NCBI GenBank assembly: GCA_951406725.2
Contig: OX597816.1
Span: 2,976,001 to 3,040,000 of the forward strand
Length of the DNA stretch: 64,000 bases
From: Octopus vulgaris
Taxonomy: Eukaryota
Reading direction: 5' to 3'
The notes below the pieces were generated by a model. That model was not told the origin of the DNA and did no database searches. It was given only the letters and a program-made list of their open reading frames with translations. Below are positions 1 through 12,615 of this stretch, piece after piece. How positions within the stretch are numbered: the stretch's first letter is position 1; each line of letters opens with the position of its first letter. The position numbers and the translations under genes are program-made.

Positions 1-104
1 TACCATCCAAGTACTAGAATCAACTAATATCCCATCACCCACCCCCACACAAAAAAAATTTGCTGGCCTTGTACCTAAATTAGAAAGCAAATCATTATCT
101 TTTT

Positions 105-143
<39 letters not shown>

Positions 144-932
144 CAATGCTCTCCCGTGTATCAAACGAGGTGAAATTGAGGGTGGAGTAAAAAATAAATA
201 AATAAATAAATGAAAAGGGTGGCAGCTTGCGTTAGCGGTGGCGGGGCCCTGGCTGGCCTGTTTGTCGGTCGGTCGATTGTTGCATGGCCAACAGAGAGAA
301 CTTAACGCTAATCTACACCTCTTTCTTTCTCCCCCACCATCGCCACCATCGCCGGCGCCGCCGCCACCGCCGCCACCATCGTCGCCATCGCCACCGCCAC
401 CAGCAGCCTGAGCTCGGCGAACGCTTGTAAACCGAAAGCGGAGCGTGAGTCCGGCTCACTGCCGTGGTTCCCACGTGCCTCTGCCTCACTCCTCTCCTCT
501 TCCTCCCACTCCTCTCTCCCTCTCCCTCCCTCCCTCTCTCTCCCTCTCTCTCCACGCTCTGCCTGTCGTTCTTTCTTTTTCTTTTCATTTACTGCCTTTT
601 CATTTATTCTCTTTCTTTATTCACCTTCTTTCTCGCTTTCTTTTTTTCCCTTTCCTTTTCTTTTCTTTTACGATGCACGCGACCGTGAGAGTAGTGTACA
701 CACAACCACCACCACCACTACTACTTCTACTACTACTTCAGCGTCTACGGCTGTCTCATCTTCACCACTTCAACTACCATCCATACCACACGAATAAACC
801 ACTCACCGCATCCGTAATCAAAACACAAACTCCACCATCATCATCATCATCATCATCGTCGTTGTTGTCGAACTGCTCTAATTTCTTCCGGAATATTTTT
901 CAGTCACTCAAACCACTCTCTCTTTCTTTCTT

Positions 933-966
<34 letters not shown>

Positions 967-1579
967 CTTCCTTCCTTCCTTCCTTTCTTTCTTTCTTTCT
1001 TTCTTTCTTCCTTCCTTCCTTCTTTCTTTCTCTCTTTCTTTCTTTCTTTCTTTCTTTCTTTCCTTCTTTCTTTCTTCTTTCCTTTCTTTCTCTCTCTTTC
1101 TTTCTCTCTCTCTCCCTATTTCTTTCTTTCTCATTCTCTCTCTCTCTTTCTCTCTCTCCCCCTCTCTCTCTCTCATTCCCTCCTCTCCTCTCCACTCGTA
1201 TCCCCTTATTTGCCAACCCTTTCAACAATATTACGTCTTCATGTTTACCATTACCAATTCTCCATTTCCATTCATCTCGCCATCCATCTGCCTGTCTGCC
1301 TGCCTGTCTGTATGTATGTCTGCCCACACACACACACACACACGCACACACACAATTCTTATGTATATATATATATGTATCTATACATGTGTGTGCGTGC
1401 ATGTGAATGTGAATGTGCGTGGGCATGTATGCGTGACGGCGTGTTGTCGGGTGTCCGTTTCTTCATCAGGTATTAGGAGGGGGAGGGCGAGTCTGCTTTT
1501 AAGTTGGTCAACAGGAACTTTGACCTGTGGCGGTAAAATGGGACCGAGATCGGGGTCGGATCCTTTGTTTTGGGCTTGG

Positions 1580-1850
1580 ATTAAGGGAAATAAGGTGTCG
1601 CAGCAGATCTTGGATCCGTTTCTACTATACACAGGTGCATTGATTGTCAATGTTCACGTTCTGTTTGCGCTTATTCCTGCATCTTTTAACTCCAAAACCT
1701 GTTGAAATATTGTTTCATCGTGACGGAATGAGCTTTTGTGTTGGTGCATGCAGTCTTTGAACGTGTTTCCTGTTAACATTTCAAAGCCGGTGAAGTTGTG
1801 GTCGGTGGATAAATCGGCGCGCTACACTGTTTCGCTTTCGATGAAACTGT
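1580..1850 (-). mobile_element. Degenerate Penelope-like GIY-YIG endonuclease C-terminal fragment
   Basis: Minus-strand reading ...TGNTFKDCMHQHKSSFRH...VLELKDAG...INAPVYSRNGSKICC resembles the PLE pattern T..FK.R...HK.SF...W.LK...A..Y..G.K.C. Contains stops. Confidence 0.5.
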
Positions 1851-2132
1851 ACGGAAACTCGTCGTATACATACATATGTTCATGCATGCATGTATACATA
1901 CATACATACATACATATATACATACATACATACATACATACATACATACATGTTATATATTAATAATTACTGGTATCTTTATATATTAATATATTTTAAT
2001 ATGTAAAGCATATTATGTTATACATGTATGTATATTCTTGTAATTATCATTTTAGTCAATACATAAATAAATTGACAGAATATAATGTCTAAAAGTTGAT
2101 GAACCACCTCTTGATCCCCTCCATTTTCTTAA

Positions 2133-2195
<63 letters not shown>

Positions 2196-2857
2196 ATAAA
2201 GAATAGAAAACAGATGAGCTCATTGATATTGTTCGTTTCAAATGGGTCCGTTGTCAATTTCTATTTAGTAATTGTGTCATATCCTCTAGGGGTGAAGATA
2301 GCTTTAATAAATCAAGAATTTTGTTGTATTTGATATACCTGTATTTGTCAGTGTTGTTCATAAACAAACCACTGGTCACTCCTGTGTTAGTTCTCTAAGC
2401 TCATTTTTGTTTAATTAACATAAATTACCCAGGTCGTAGCAGTGTTCTATTCATTTTGCACAAATCCTTTACTTTCTAGAAACAGGGCAACTGTCAGCAG
2501 AAACACGTGTCCGCGTCTGACCACTTATCTTCGACCTGTTCTATTCTTTAACGGCATTTCAACTTTGGAGAATAGTTTATTCTTGAGAATATTTTTCCTC
2601 GGATGGAGCTGTTCTCAACTGCCATTTCGAAATTGAGATATTTCCTCTCCAGGCAGAGGAAATATCTCAAAATTTTAATATCGCAAAAATTTATGTTGTA
2701 TGGTATTCGATTTATCTGTATTTGTTTATATTATTAGATAATCAGCCGAAATTGCGAGGATGATCCGGTTCTTGACTGAAGATTGAAGGTTTCGAATGTC
2801 CCTTCCGTGTTTTTTGTATCGTCTTCTAAATGTTTTGCGTTCTTGTCCCAGTTTGTA

Positions 2858-2919
<62 letters not shown>

Positions 2920-3389
2920 CATATATATATATATGTGTGTGTGTGTGTGTATTCATTCTTGATTTTATTTTTCGAATTTCTCTACAATGGAGAAAGAATC
3001 TGCTTCTAGCCTAGAAACAAGACACTTTCAGTAGAATTTAGACAACATTAACCAGGTTAGTCATGTATGTATGTATAATTTTTCAAGGAAAGATCTGGAG
3101 AAATAGTTACTAGGGTAACCAAATGTCACATAAGCATTTTATATATCATAATTGCTTACATCTGTAAACATGGCTTATTGATGAACACTTATATATAATC
3201 TCCACCCTGATGAGATTGATACATCATTCCACCGTGTTTTCCCTCCCAGGTTAATTTTAATGTGTCCATCCGGCAAAACATATACAGTCGGTGGTATAAA
3301 AGATTTAAATAACATCTCGTGCGTTTGTCACCATTTTATATTTCTCTTATGTATGTCTCTTCTGTATTTTAATTATTATAAATCTTCCA

Positions 3390-3625
3390 CCGAGGAGGGA
3401 ACCGGTTTCCAACAAAGGTACAAGATTCCATCTTTGGGATGTAGTTAACACAGACAAATCCACATTTGGAACTTGAGAAAAGTCTTGCACATTTTTACTG
3501 TTCCACTCACAGATTGCATTTGTAATGTACGAATCAACCGGTCGATTTCTCTTTCTGAAAGTCCCAGTTTATCCAGATTCTCCTTTAAGTATTTACTAAC
3601 AAAACCTAGTGCTCCAATTATTATT
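3390..3625 (-). mobile_element. 3' fragment of an RLE-type non-LTR retrotransposon (R4/NeSL-like)
   Basis: Reads IIGALGFVSKYLKENLDKLGL...LQMQSVSGTVKMCKTFL, the P.IIGALG motif of restriction-like endonuclease LINE C-termini. Shares 3' sequence with 7500-7600. Confidence 0.55.
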
Positions 3626-4007
3626 GGTATGTATGTATGTATGTATGTATGTATGTATGTATGTATGTATGTATGTATGTATGTATGTATGTATGTATGT
3701 ATGTGAGGGTGGTGCTAGTGTGCCATATTAAGTCCCTTTGTGTGGAAGCGATTGTTAATGATTCATTAAAAAGTGTGTCGTAGATAAGTTTTGGTCCGAG
3801 CCTAAGCCCTTGCGTTGATGCTGACCAACACCCTTCGACACAATTCTTCGATATGGTCCGAGTCTAATGGAATGAAGGAACGAAACGAGTAAAAGAATTG
3901 GAACAATAATAATATCCTATGGTACCGACGTTTTCTAGATCTTTCCAAACCCAATTTTTATCCAAAAGGGATTATGGGGAGCATTTGTTATTTCTAACAT
4001 CGATCTG

Positions 4008-4074
<67 letters not shown>

Positions 4075-4240
4075 GCGACGGGCTTCTTTCAGTTTCCGTC
4101 TTCTAAATCCCCCACACACAACGCTTTAATCTTCCTGAGGCTATAACAGAAGACACTTGCCAAAGGTGGCACGCAGTGGGACTGAACCCGAAACCATGTG
4201 GTTGGGAAGCAAGCTTTCTTACCACACAGCCATGGAAATA
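4075..4240 (-). mobile_element. tRNA-derived SINE family A (head/core)
   Basis: Homologous to full copies at 15305-15715 and 30315-30735: A-box-like TGGCTGTGTGG, B-box-like GGTTCAGTCC, then GGCAAGTGTCTT. Confidence 0.75.
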
Positions 4241-4469
4241 CTGCCCCGCCCTCCGGCTGCCTGAGGCTTCAATGAACTTATGTTCTACTAGTTTGAGGTG
4301 TTTACTGGAGTTTCGTGGTGAGTCGATCAGACGCCCACCCACGTTTTAACACTGTCAACCTACTGTCCAAGACATGTACTTGATTTATCGAACCCGAAGG
4401 AATGAATGGAAAACGATGTCTAGGAGGGGTTTGAACGCAAAGCGCAGAAACCTGTTATATATAGCGTAG

Positions 4470-4637
4470 AAGTAGCTGTGTGGTTAGACGCTTACTTACC
4501 AACCACATGGTTCCGGGTTCAGTCCCACTGCATGGCACTTTGGGCAAGTGTCTTCTGTCATAGCTTCGGGCCAACCAAAGCCTTGTGAGTGGATTTGGTA
4601 GACGGAAACTGAAAGAAGCCCATTGTGTATATATATG

Positions 4638-4682
<45 letters not shown>

Positions 4683-4880
4683 GTTTGTATCCTCACCATC
4701 GCTTGACAGCTGATGTTGGTGTGTCTATGTCTCTGTAACTTAGCGGTTCGGCAAAAGAAATCGATGAAATAAGTCCTAGGCTTACAAAGAATTAGTCCTG
4801 GGGGTCGATTTATTCGACTAAAGGCAGTGCTCCAGCATGGCCGCAGTCAAATGAATGGAACAAATAAAAGAATAAAAGAG
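4470..4880 (+). mobile_element. tRNA-derived SINE family A, full length with internal (TA)n
   Basis: Same head-core-microsatellite-tail layout as the other copies; ends in AAAAGAATAAAAGAG. Confidence 0.8.
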
Positions 4881-4881
4881 C

Positions 4882-4912
<31 letters not shown>

Positions 4913-5199
4913 TGTATGTATGTATGTATGTATGTATGTGTCTATTTATACACTTGTATCTGTGTGTGTATATATATAGGTATATATACAACTGAATTTG
5001 TGTGTGTGTGAGTGATTATGTTGATAAAGAGCCGTCAATGGTGTTAAGTAATGCCTGACTCCGTCACGCATCACTCAACCACCACCACCGCCACCCCTCA
5101 TCGCCATCACTTCAACCAACAAAGTAACAACAACAACATTAACAATAATAATAAGCAACAACAATGACAGCGTTGTTCGTCTATTGACATCTTTGGAGG

Positions 5200-6005
5200 A
5201 GAGAGGGGAGGGAGGGAGGGGGAGAGAGAGGGGGCAATGAGAGTGAGGAAGGTTTGGAGAAAAGAGGAAGGGAGGCAGGGGGGAATACGGCAGAGAAAAC
5301 AGATGAGGGGAATGATGAGAGAGAGAGCAGGAGAGCAGGAGAGCAATAGGGAGAGATAAGGAGAGATGGAGAGCAGAAGAGGGAGAGCAGGAGAGTAAGA
5401 TAGGGAGAGCAGGAGAGAGGGAGAGCAGGTGAGAGAGAAAGCAGGAGAGAGAGCAGGAGAGATGGAGAGCAGGAGAAAGGGAGAGCAAGGGAGAGAGAGA
5501 GGTAGATAGGGAGAGCGGGAGAGAAGGAGAGAGGGAGAGAGGGAGAGAGGGAGAGAGGGAGAGAGGGAGAGAGGGAGATCAGGAGAGGGGGAGAGCAAGA
5601 GAGAGGGCGAGCAGGAGAGAGGGAGATCAGGAGAGAGAGATCAGGAGAGACATCAGGTGAATGGAGAGCAGGAGAGAGAGATCATGAGAGAGAGGGAGCA
5701 AGAGAGAGGGAGAGCAGGAGTGAGAGCAGAAGAGAGAGGGAGAGTAGGATAGAGGGAGAGCAAGAGAGAGGGAGAGCAAGAGAGAGAGATCAGGAGAGAC
5801 TGAGAGCAGGAGAGAGGGAGAGCAGGAGAGAGGGAGAGCAGGAGAGGAGAGATCAGGAGAGAGGAAGAGCAGGAGAGAGGGAGATCAGGAGAGAAGGAGA
5901 GCAGGAGAGGAGAGATCGGGAGAGAGGGAGAGCAGAAGAGATAGAGAGATCAGGTGAGAGGAAGAGCAGGAGAGAGGGAGATCAGGAGAGAGGGAGAGCA
6001 AGTAG
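5200..6005 (+). repeat. Purine-rich GA minisatellite (GAGAGCAGGA/GAGAGGGA variants)
   Basis: About 800 bp of degenerate tandem repeat visible directly. Confidence 0.9.
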
Positions 6006-6192
6006 AGAAGGAACAAAAAGCGTAAAAAGGTAAGAATATGCGAGAGAGAGTGAGGAGGGGGAGGAAGAATAATTAGAGAGTGGAAAACTTAGAGAGGGAG
6101 AGGGGGTAAATAGGTAAACATGGATAAAGATTGGTAAACAGAAAGGTATATACATAGGTAAATAAATAATAAATATATATGTATAAATTATA

Positions 6193-6231
<39 letters not shown>

Positions 6232-6234
6232 TAT

Positions 6235-6303
<69 letters not shown>

Positions 6304-6382
6304 TATACACATATATTATTTATATACATATATACATATATATATGTATATATATATATAATATATATATATAATGCGTGTA

Positions 6383-6436
<54 letters not shown>

Positions 6437-6539
6437 GCGTGTGTGTGAGAGAGGGAGAAGTAGAAGGAAAGAACAGAAGGAAAGAAAAGGACAAGAAAAA
6501 TGTGTGAATGAAAGATAAACAGAAAATATGAAAAGGAAA

Positions 6540-6576
<37 letters not shown>

Positions 6577-6904
6577 GAAATCGGAAAATAAAATAAAATA
6601 AAAAGAAACCGAGAGGGGACAATTGTTTGTGGATGAAGTTGAAATTGAAACAAAATGCGTCAAGGCAAATAATGGGAGGAGGGGGAGGGATGTGGGGGGG
6701 GATAGAAAGCAGCGGTGAATGCAAGCAACAGAGGTTGTTTAATGATGTGACAGATGTGGTCGTCGGGTTTTACAGGTTGGGTGAGGCGTGGAGACTGTCT
6801 CTGCCTCACGTTCCCACGTGTAAGAAACACAACGAAATGCTTGTTATTGTTGTCGTAGTCGTCGTCCTCCTTATTATTATTATTATCATTGTGGCTGCTG
6901 CTGC

Positions 6905-6938
<34 letters not shown>

Positions 6939-7043
6939 GCTAATGCGGTCACGGCGACGGCGGCGGCGGCGGCGGCGGTGTCGGCGGTGGTGTCGGGTAG
7001 CGGGAAAACACCTTAGTAACAACACCATAATCAACATATTTAC

Positions 7044-7087
<44 letters not shown>

Positions 7088-7091
7088 TCAC

Positions 7092-7145
7092 CTGTACACC
7101 TCTCTGCCGAGCCGTAGCAAATGAATAATAATGAGTTAAACATAC
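7092..7145 (-). other. Putative 54-nt exon, possibly carrying a start codon (MFNSLLFICYGSAERCT..)
   Basis: Acceptor ccttttctcctcttacgcag| and donor CAG|GTGAGA bracket 54 nt of unique sequence between (TG)n tracts. No homology recognised. Confidence 0.35.
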
Positions 7146-7185
7146 CTGCGTAAGAGGAGAAAAGGTATGGCGTGCACATAGCTAT

Positions 7186-7232
<47 letters not shown>

Positions 7233-7489
7233 GGTGAGTAGCAAAGTGGTTTAGATGTAGCGCTCATGATCGGTTTCGATTCCCGGACCAAGCAGTGCGT
7301 CGTGTCCGTGAGCAAAATTCCCCGTTACTGGAATCTTCTCTTACCTGTAAAAGAGTGACCTTGGGAGGACGCACTGACGTCCCATTCAAGAGGCAAGGGC
7401 TCATCTGATCGCGCTCACTAAAACGGGCAACGTAGGAACCCTCGGACTACCGACAAGACTTGCTCAAATTTATGCAGGTTCCTTCCTTC

Positions 7490-8300
7490 TTTTCCCTCTT
7501 TATTAGAATTCCTGTATGAAGGAAGGAACTGGTTTCCAACAAAGAAACAAATCCCTGAGTGTCTCCCTCTGGAAAAGTCTTGCATATTTTGTATTGAATC
7601 CGTAAAATCCGTGTGAAGAACCGGTGTCTTAGCTTGGAAATCTGCAGGACAGATGACCTCCTCGACCACTGGACATAATTATTCTTCTTTCTCCTAAATA
7701 ACTATATTAGACTTGTTACACTTGCATTGGGCAAAAACTTCGACGAAAATATTCCGTCAAAATTCCTTGTGTTGCTATGTATGAATATATTCTATAATGG
7801 AGGTGTTGTTTAGATCTATCTCAGGGAAATCTTTTCTGCGGGTGGCATTATATATCATTTCGGCAATAACACCATCATAGATTAATGGAAGATGGTACTT
7901 GGCTAAAACTTTTTGGTCAGCTGCCGATTACAGGTGTTATGTCATCCACAACAGAATGGTACACTCGACATTTACGGGTGCATCTTCGAAAGTTTAAGGG
8001 TTTCATTGTTCCGTTTGTTCATAAGGTACTAGTGTCTTTTGCTGTTGTGAATCATGAGACCCGGATAGTGAATATATCTGTAAGAGATATTGACAGTGGA
8101 TTTAAGGTCGAAACAAACCGAAACACAGGTATATTCTCTCTGAAATATTTTAAGTGTCAGAAGCAATCATTCCACTTTTAATTCCAGGTGTGAGGATCAT
8201 AGATGAAGTATCCACGAATATTTTAATGACAGCAGTTGAAGTAGAAGTTACGTTTCGGACGCTGATGTCGATATACAGAATTTGTAGGTGTTCTAACTAG
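7490..8300 (-). mobile_element. Degenerate RLE-type non-LTR retrotransposon fragment
   Basis: Decayed zinc knuckle and endonuclease words (KCRV....DDITPVIGS, NKSNIVI, VVEEVICPAD) with many stops. Confidence 0.5.
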
Positions 8301-8552
8301 GCGTCAATGTTAAGGTGGACATAAAAATTACCTGCTTGAAATGTGGAGTAGATAAACAACCGACAACTGATGAAGGGTCGTTCTTTGTTACTTGTCCTGT
8401 TTTCCATTTGTTTCTCTCGTTGTTTGCAAAAGATAACTTTCTTCGTATTTCATGCTGTATTTCGGATTTCATGTTTTCGTATTTCATGTTTACGTTTTGT
8501 GACGTCCTATACCCATATATGCATGTATGTGTGTGTATGTGTGTATATATAT

Positions 8553-8850
8553 ATGGTTAATGAGAGATGGAAGATACGAACATTTTTATTAATCACTACA
8601 ATTGTTTCGACCCATCTTGCATCAATCCCTCGCGGGTGGGATACTTAACTGGTTCAGGAGCCTCCGGCGGTGTAGATGTGTGTCTCCGGCTGATAAATAG
8701 ATACATTGCGGAACTGTTATTTTAACGAGTTGTATCTTCTCAACAAATTAAAGGACATGGCTTCATTTATCACCCAAAGAGGCACATCTGCACCCGAGGA
8801 TTATTAAAAATTCTCCTATCTTCCATCTTCCGCTCTCATTAACCAAATAC
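8553..8850. mobile_element. Head-to-head inverted pair of a short PLE-like element with a decayed hammerhead
   Basis: TGGTTAATGAGAG..TGGAAGATA (8553-) is complementary to TATCTTCCA..CTCTCATTAACCA (-8846). The minus strand has GGGTC-GAAAC-AATT-GTA-GTGAT. Confidence 0.5.
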
Positions 8851-8933
8851 ATAACGAACACTGAAAGTGAGCGTGCATTATCAGTAAGCTACCAGGTATA
8901 AACCTCTCGTTTTATTATCTAATAACTAATAAT

Positions 8934-8964
<31 letters not shown>

Positions 8965-9120
8965 AAAGGGAGAATTTACGAAAAAAACAAAAGACGAAGA
9001 CAGGTGGTGTACAAAATAAACAGATGTATTAGTATAACGCTCAGGAATAGAAAAAGTCTTTTACGTTTCGAGCCTACGCTCTTCTACAGAAAGGGACACA
9101 GAAAAAAAAAAACAAGGAGA

Positions 9121-9170
<50 letters not shown>

Positions 9171-9377
9171 ATGTGTGTGTGTGTGTAAATCCACAGGTTT
9201 TTGACCCTTAATCGACAGGTTTTTTGCATTCTCTATCAGTTTATTTTCTCATTCCTTTCTGTTGAAGAGCGTAGGCTCGAAACGTAAAATACTTTTCCAT
9301 TTTCCCGAGCGTCAAACTAATACACCTGCTTGTTCATACATCTATCTTCGTCTTTTGTTTTTATATAAATTTCAGCT

Positions 9378-9380
<3 letters not shown>
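8965..9380. mobile_element. Head-to-head inverted pair of a short element with a hammerhead-like motif
   Basis: 8965-9095 is the reverse complement of 9254-9378. Both contain CTTT-CTGTnGA-A-GAGC-GTAG-GCTC-GAAAC-GTA-AAA. A third, decayed copy lies at 34390-34490. Confidence 0.7.
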
Positions 9381-9436
<56 letters not shown>

Positions 9437-9466
9437 CTCTTAAAGACGATACAATAAACACGGGAC

Positions 9467-9553
<87 letters not shown>

Positions 9554-10479
9554 ATGAGAGGGAACATTAACTGAATGTCCCTATAAGTGAGAATGGCTTT
9601 AAAGTTTAGCGAAATAGATTTTTCAAATTATATTTTCAGAAACTGACTTAATATATGATTTTGTGAGTGAGTGAATTTAGAGATTTTGAAAGGACGTGAA
9701 ATAATTCGGTGGAACTCGAAGTAGATAGGGCTATAAATAATAGCGTGTAAATATAGGATTAAAAACCCCTTGGCATAGAAAAGGTCGAAGGACACGAGCC
9801 CACATTTTCTGTAGACATTAAACGTAATTAAATGTGTGTGTGTGTGTGTGTGAGTGTGCGCATGGCTAGCAGCTTTATATACCCGGAAGCAAATAAAGTG
9901 AAGAAACAGTTAATGAAAGCCACAACTTCCATTCCAATTAATATGAAATGAAGCGTACACGAAACGTGTATTGGCACTCTGTATTATGTTACCAACATGT
10001 TAGTTTTTATCTTCGAACTTTATGACAAATCCTCGTCTTCTCGGCACGTTTCCGCAAACACACTGTTTTCTTTTTATCAGGTGAGTTGTTACACGTTTCT
10101 AAACGTGTCCTAAACTTTGCTGACCATTGTCCATTTGTCAATATTGACGAACAAAGTGAAGGGGGTTGGCACACAGAGAATGCACGGACAATACGATACT
10201 CACAGCCAATCTTTCAGTTCTTGAACTTCGAGAGCAGTTCGTTATCAGGGAGATGCCGTCTTTCTCTTAAACTTGTTTTACTCCAGGTCAGCCCTGACCA
10301 TTGGGCAGACCTATGATCGAAGGCGTTCCAGCCAGGACTATCCTTGTGTCTTTTTTTTTCATATTGCATTTATCGATCACAGTGCTAAAAGTGAGGATGT
10401 CATTTATAGATTTAGAATTTATGTCTAGCGGATAGAGCAACCATATAGAGGGTCCCTAACCTTATAGTTTAGCTCTGGT

Positions 10480-11560
10480 TTGCCTGGAGGATGTTAAAAA
10501 TACGTCACAGACACAAGTATAAGAAAGGCAAAGGTGCAAGAATGCAACCCCGCTTCATTCTACATGTAATCGGGAAGTTTAGAGGGATTATTTTGATAAA
10601 AGAACACAACCCTACATACCCTCGTACAATACTTGCACCACTGAGGTCAAGTCGTTTGGTTAACCAAAGCCTTTTGAACCATTCACATGGTTTCTCTTGA
10701 TAAAACCATCAAAAGCCTTTTGCCCTTCATAGAAGACAATGAAAAGTGGTTTCTGTTGTTGTTTCTCTTTTACACTGAAACTCGTCAATTATGCAACGAG
10801 TCTTGAAATATTTTTCCTGCAACGGGCAGCAATAACATTCCACGATAATTTCCACAAGATTTTCCACCTCTTTTCTTGAAGATGACGATAATAATTGCCA
10901 AATTTATTCGGGACTCTGTGATCTTCCCGTGCTTTTAGGATCAAAGAGAAAAGCCTGGCTTTCAGAAGTAGCCCCTCACCCCGTGTTTCAGTAATTCAAG
11001 AGAAATGTCGTCTGCTCCTGGGATTTTTGTGGCTTCACTCTATTCATGGAGTTTCCACACTCTCGAAATAATGGTTGCGCACCCATCCATAGTTGCTCGG
11101 ACTCACGTCGGATATTTCTCACGAAATCATCTGCTGTTATTAACTTCTCTTCCAACAGTGAGGAAAATGAGTTTCCCCCCAGCATTCGAGAGAAGCTATC
11201 TCGTGAATCTGTCAGGTTGCTGGTGTCGTCTGCTGTTAGAAGATTTATCCATTGATGAGTGAACGGAGTCAAACAATTGTATCGTCCAGGCGAAGATATG
11301 TCTAAGATCTGGATAGACCTAAAGCCTAATTGCTTTCTGTTGCCACCAGTCGTTCTGTTTTACTCTGTTTTGAGCTTGATATTGATGTTTGAGTCTTTGA
11401 CAGCCGGTCTTTTCAAGACGCCATCTTTAGTCATGTTCGCGTTGCGCTCTTCATCGTTGTTGTTGTTGCTGTTGCTGTAGAACCAATACTGAATCCCCTT
11501 TTGCTGAAATCAATGACACTTTTTACTGTTCCAGTGATGGTATTTCGAAATGAGGCCCAT
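10480..11560 (-). mobile_element. Old RTE-clade LINE reverse-transcriptase fragment
   Basis: Across frameshifts it reads KSPGADDISLELLKHG...IIIVIFKKRGGKSCGNYRGMLLLPVAGKIF...KAFD. Confidence 0.7.
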
Positions 11561-11943
11561 TCTCTATCAAGACAGCGATAGTTGGGGTGGAGGAATTGAA
11601 ACTTAGCTCTAGGTAAACACACACACAAACAGATACACTTTTATGTATAAATGTATACTTATGTGTGTCTACATAAATAATATACACACACATAATGTGT
11701 GTGTGTTTATGTTTGTGCGCATAGACAGGAAGGACAGTTAGCTATAGAAAATCTGCCTCAACGAAGTCAATCTGACCCATGCTAGTGTGGGAATGTGTAA
11801 GTTAAAACAATGATGAGGCTGGTGCCATACATACATATATAGACAGTCATATATCCATGTATATATACATACACACGCACACGCATACATGCGTATGTCT
11901 GTATTTATACACGAATGTTTATATATATATATATATATATATA

Positions 11944-12245
11944 TCAACATCACAATCAAGGAACGGCCATAATAGGCCATTCACCCACTAGAAATAACAG
12001 CCAAAGCTTCAACCGCAAAATAACATTAATTCCGCAAACCAGGAGAAAATTAAAAAAACATTTACCCTGTAATTTCTTATACGATGCACCGTTTCATCTA
12101 TTGTTTAATGGTAAACTAACCTGATTAAATTAAATCAAGCCAATCTTCCATAGGCCGATAGATTCGTCAGTAAGAAACAGCCAGATCGGAACAGATATTA
12201 GTGGGTGAATGGCCTATTATGGCCGTTCCTTGATTGTGATGTTGA
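11944..12245. repeat. Perfect 47-bp inverted repeat around a 208-bp spacer
   Basis: 11944-11990 (TCAACATCACAATCAAGGAACGGCCATAATAGGCCATTCACCCACTA) is the exact reverse complement of 12199-12245. Confidence 0.9.
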
Positions 12246-12489
12246 ACTTATAAATGGTCTATGACTATTTAATTTTTTCCCACTAGGCCGCTGGTGGCAA
12301 AAAAATTCTACAAAATTTTTTGCCACCCTATATTGATTAATTATATATATATATATATATTAGAAGAAATGAGGTACTCAGAAAATCGGATGGTTTATAT
12401 TTACAGATATTTATTTGTATATTACATTTTTTATATATCATATAACTTAGATCATGTATTAGCGCTTTCTCCCATTCTAGTGGGATTTT

Positions 12490-12530
<41 letters not shown>

Positions 12531-12563
12531 CGCATGTATATATATATATGTATATATATATAC

Positions 12564-12615
<52 letters not shown>

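Noticed and set aside
445-1476. 343-aa ORF and the many YI/HT/CV/poly-I ORFs in the track
   Set aside because: Translations of (CTTT)n, (TA)n, (CA)n and (TAA)n microsatellites with no domain content.
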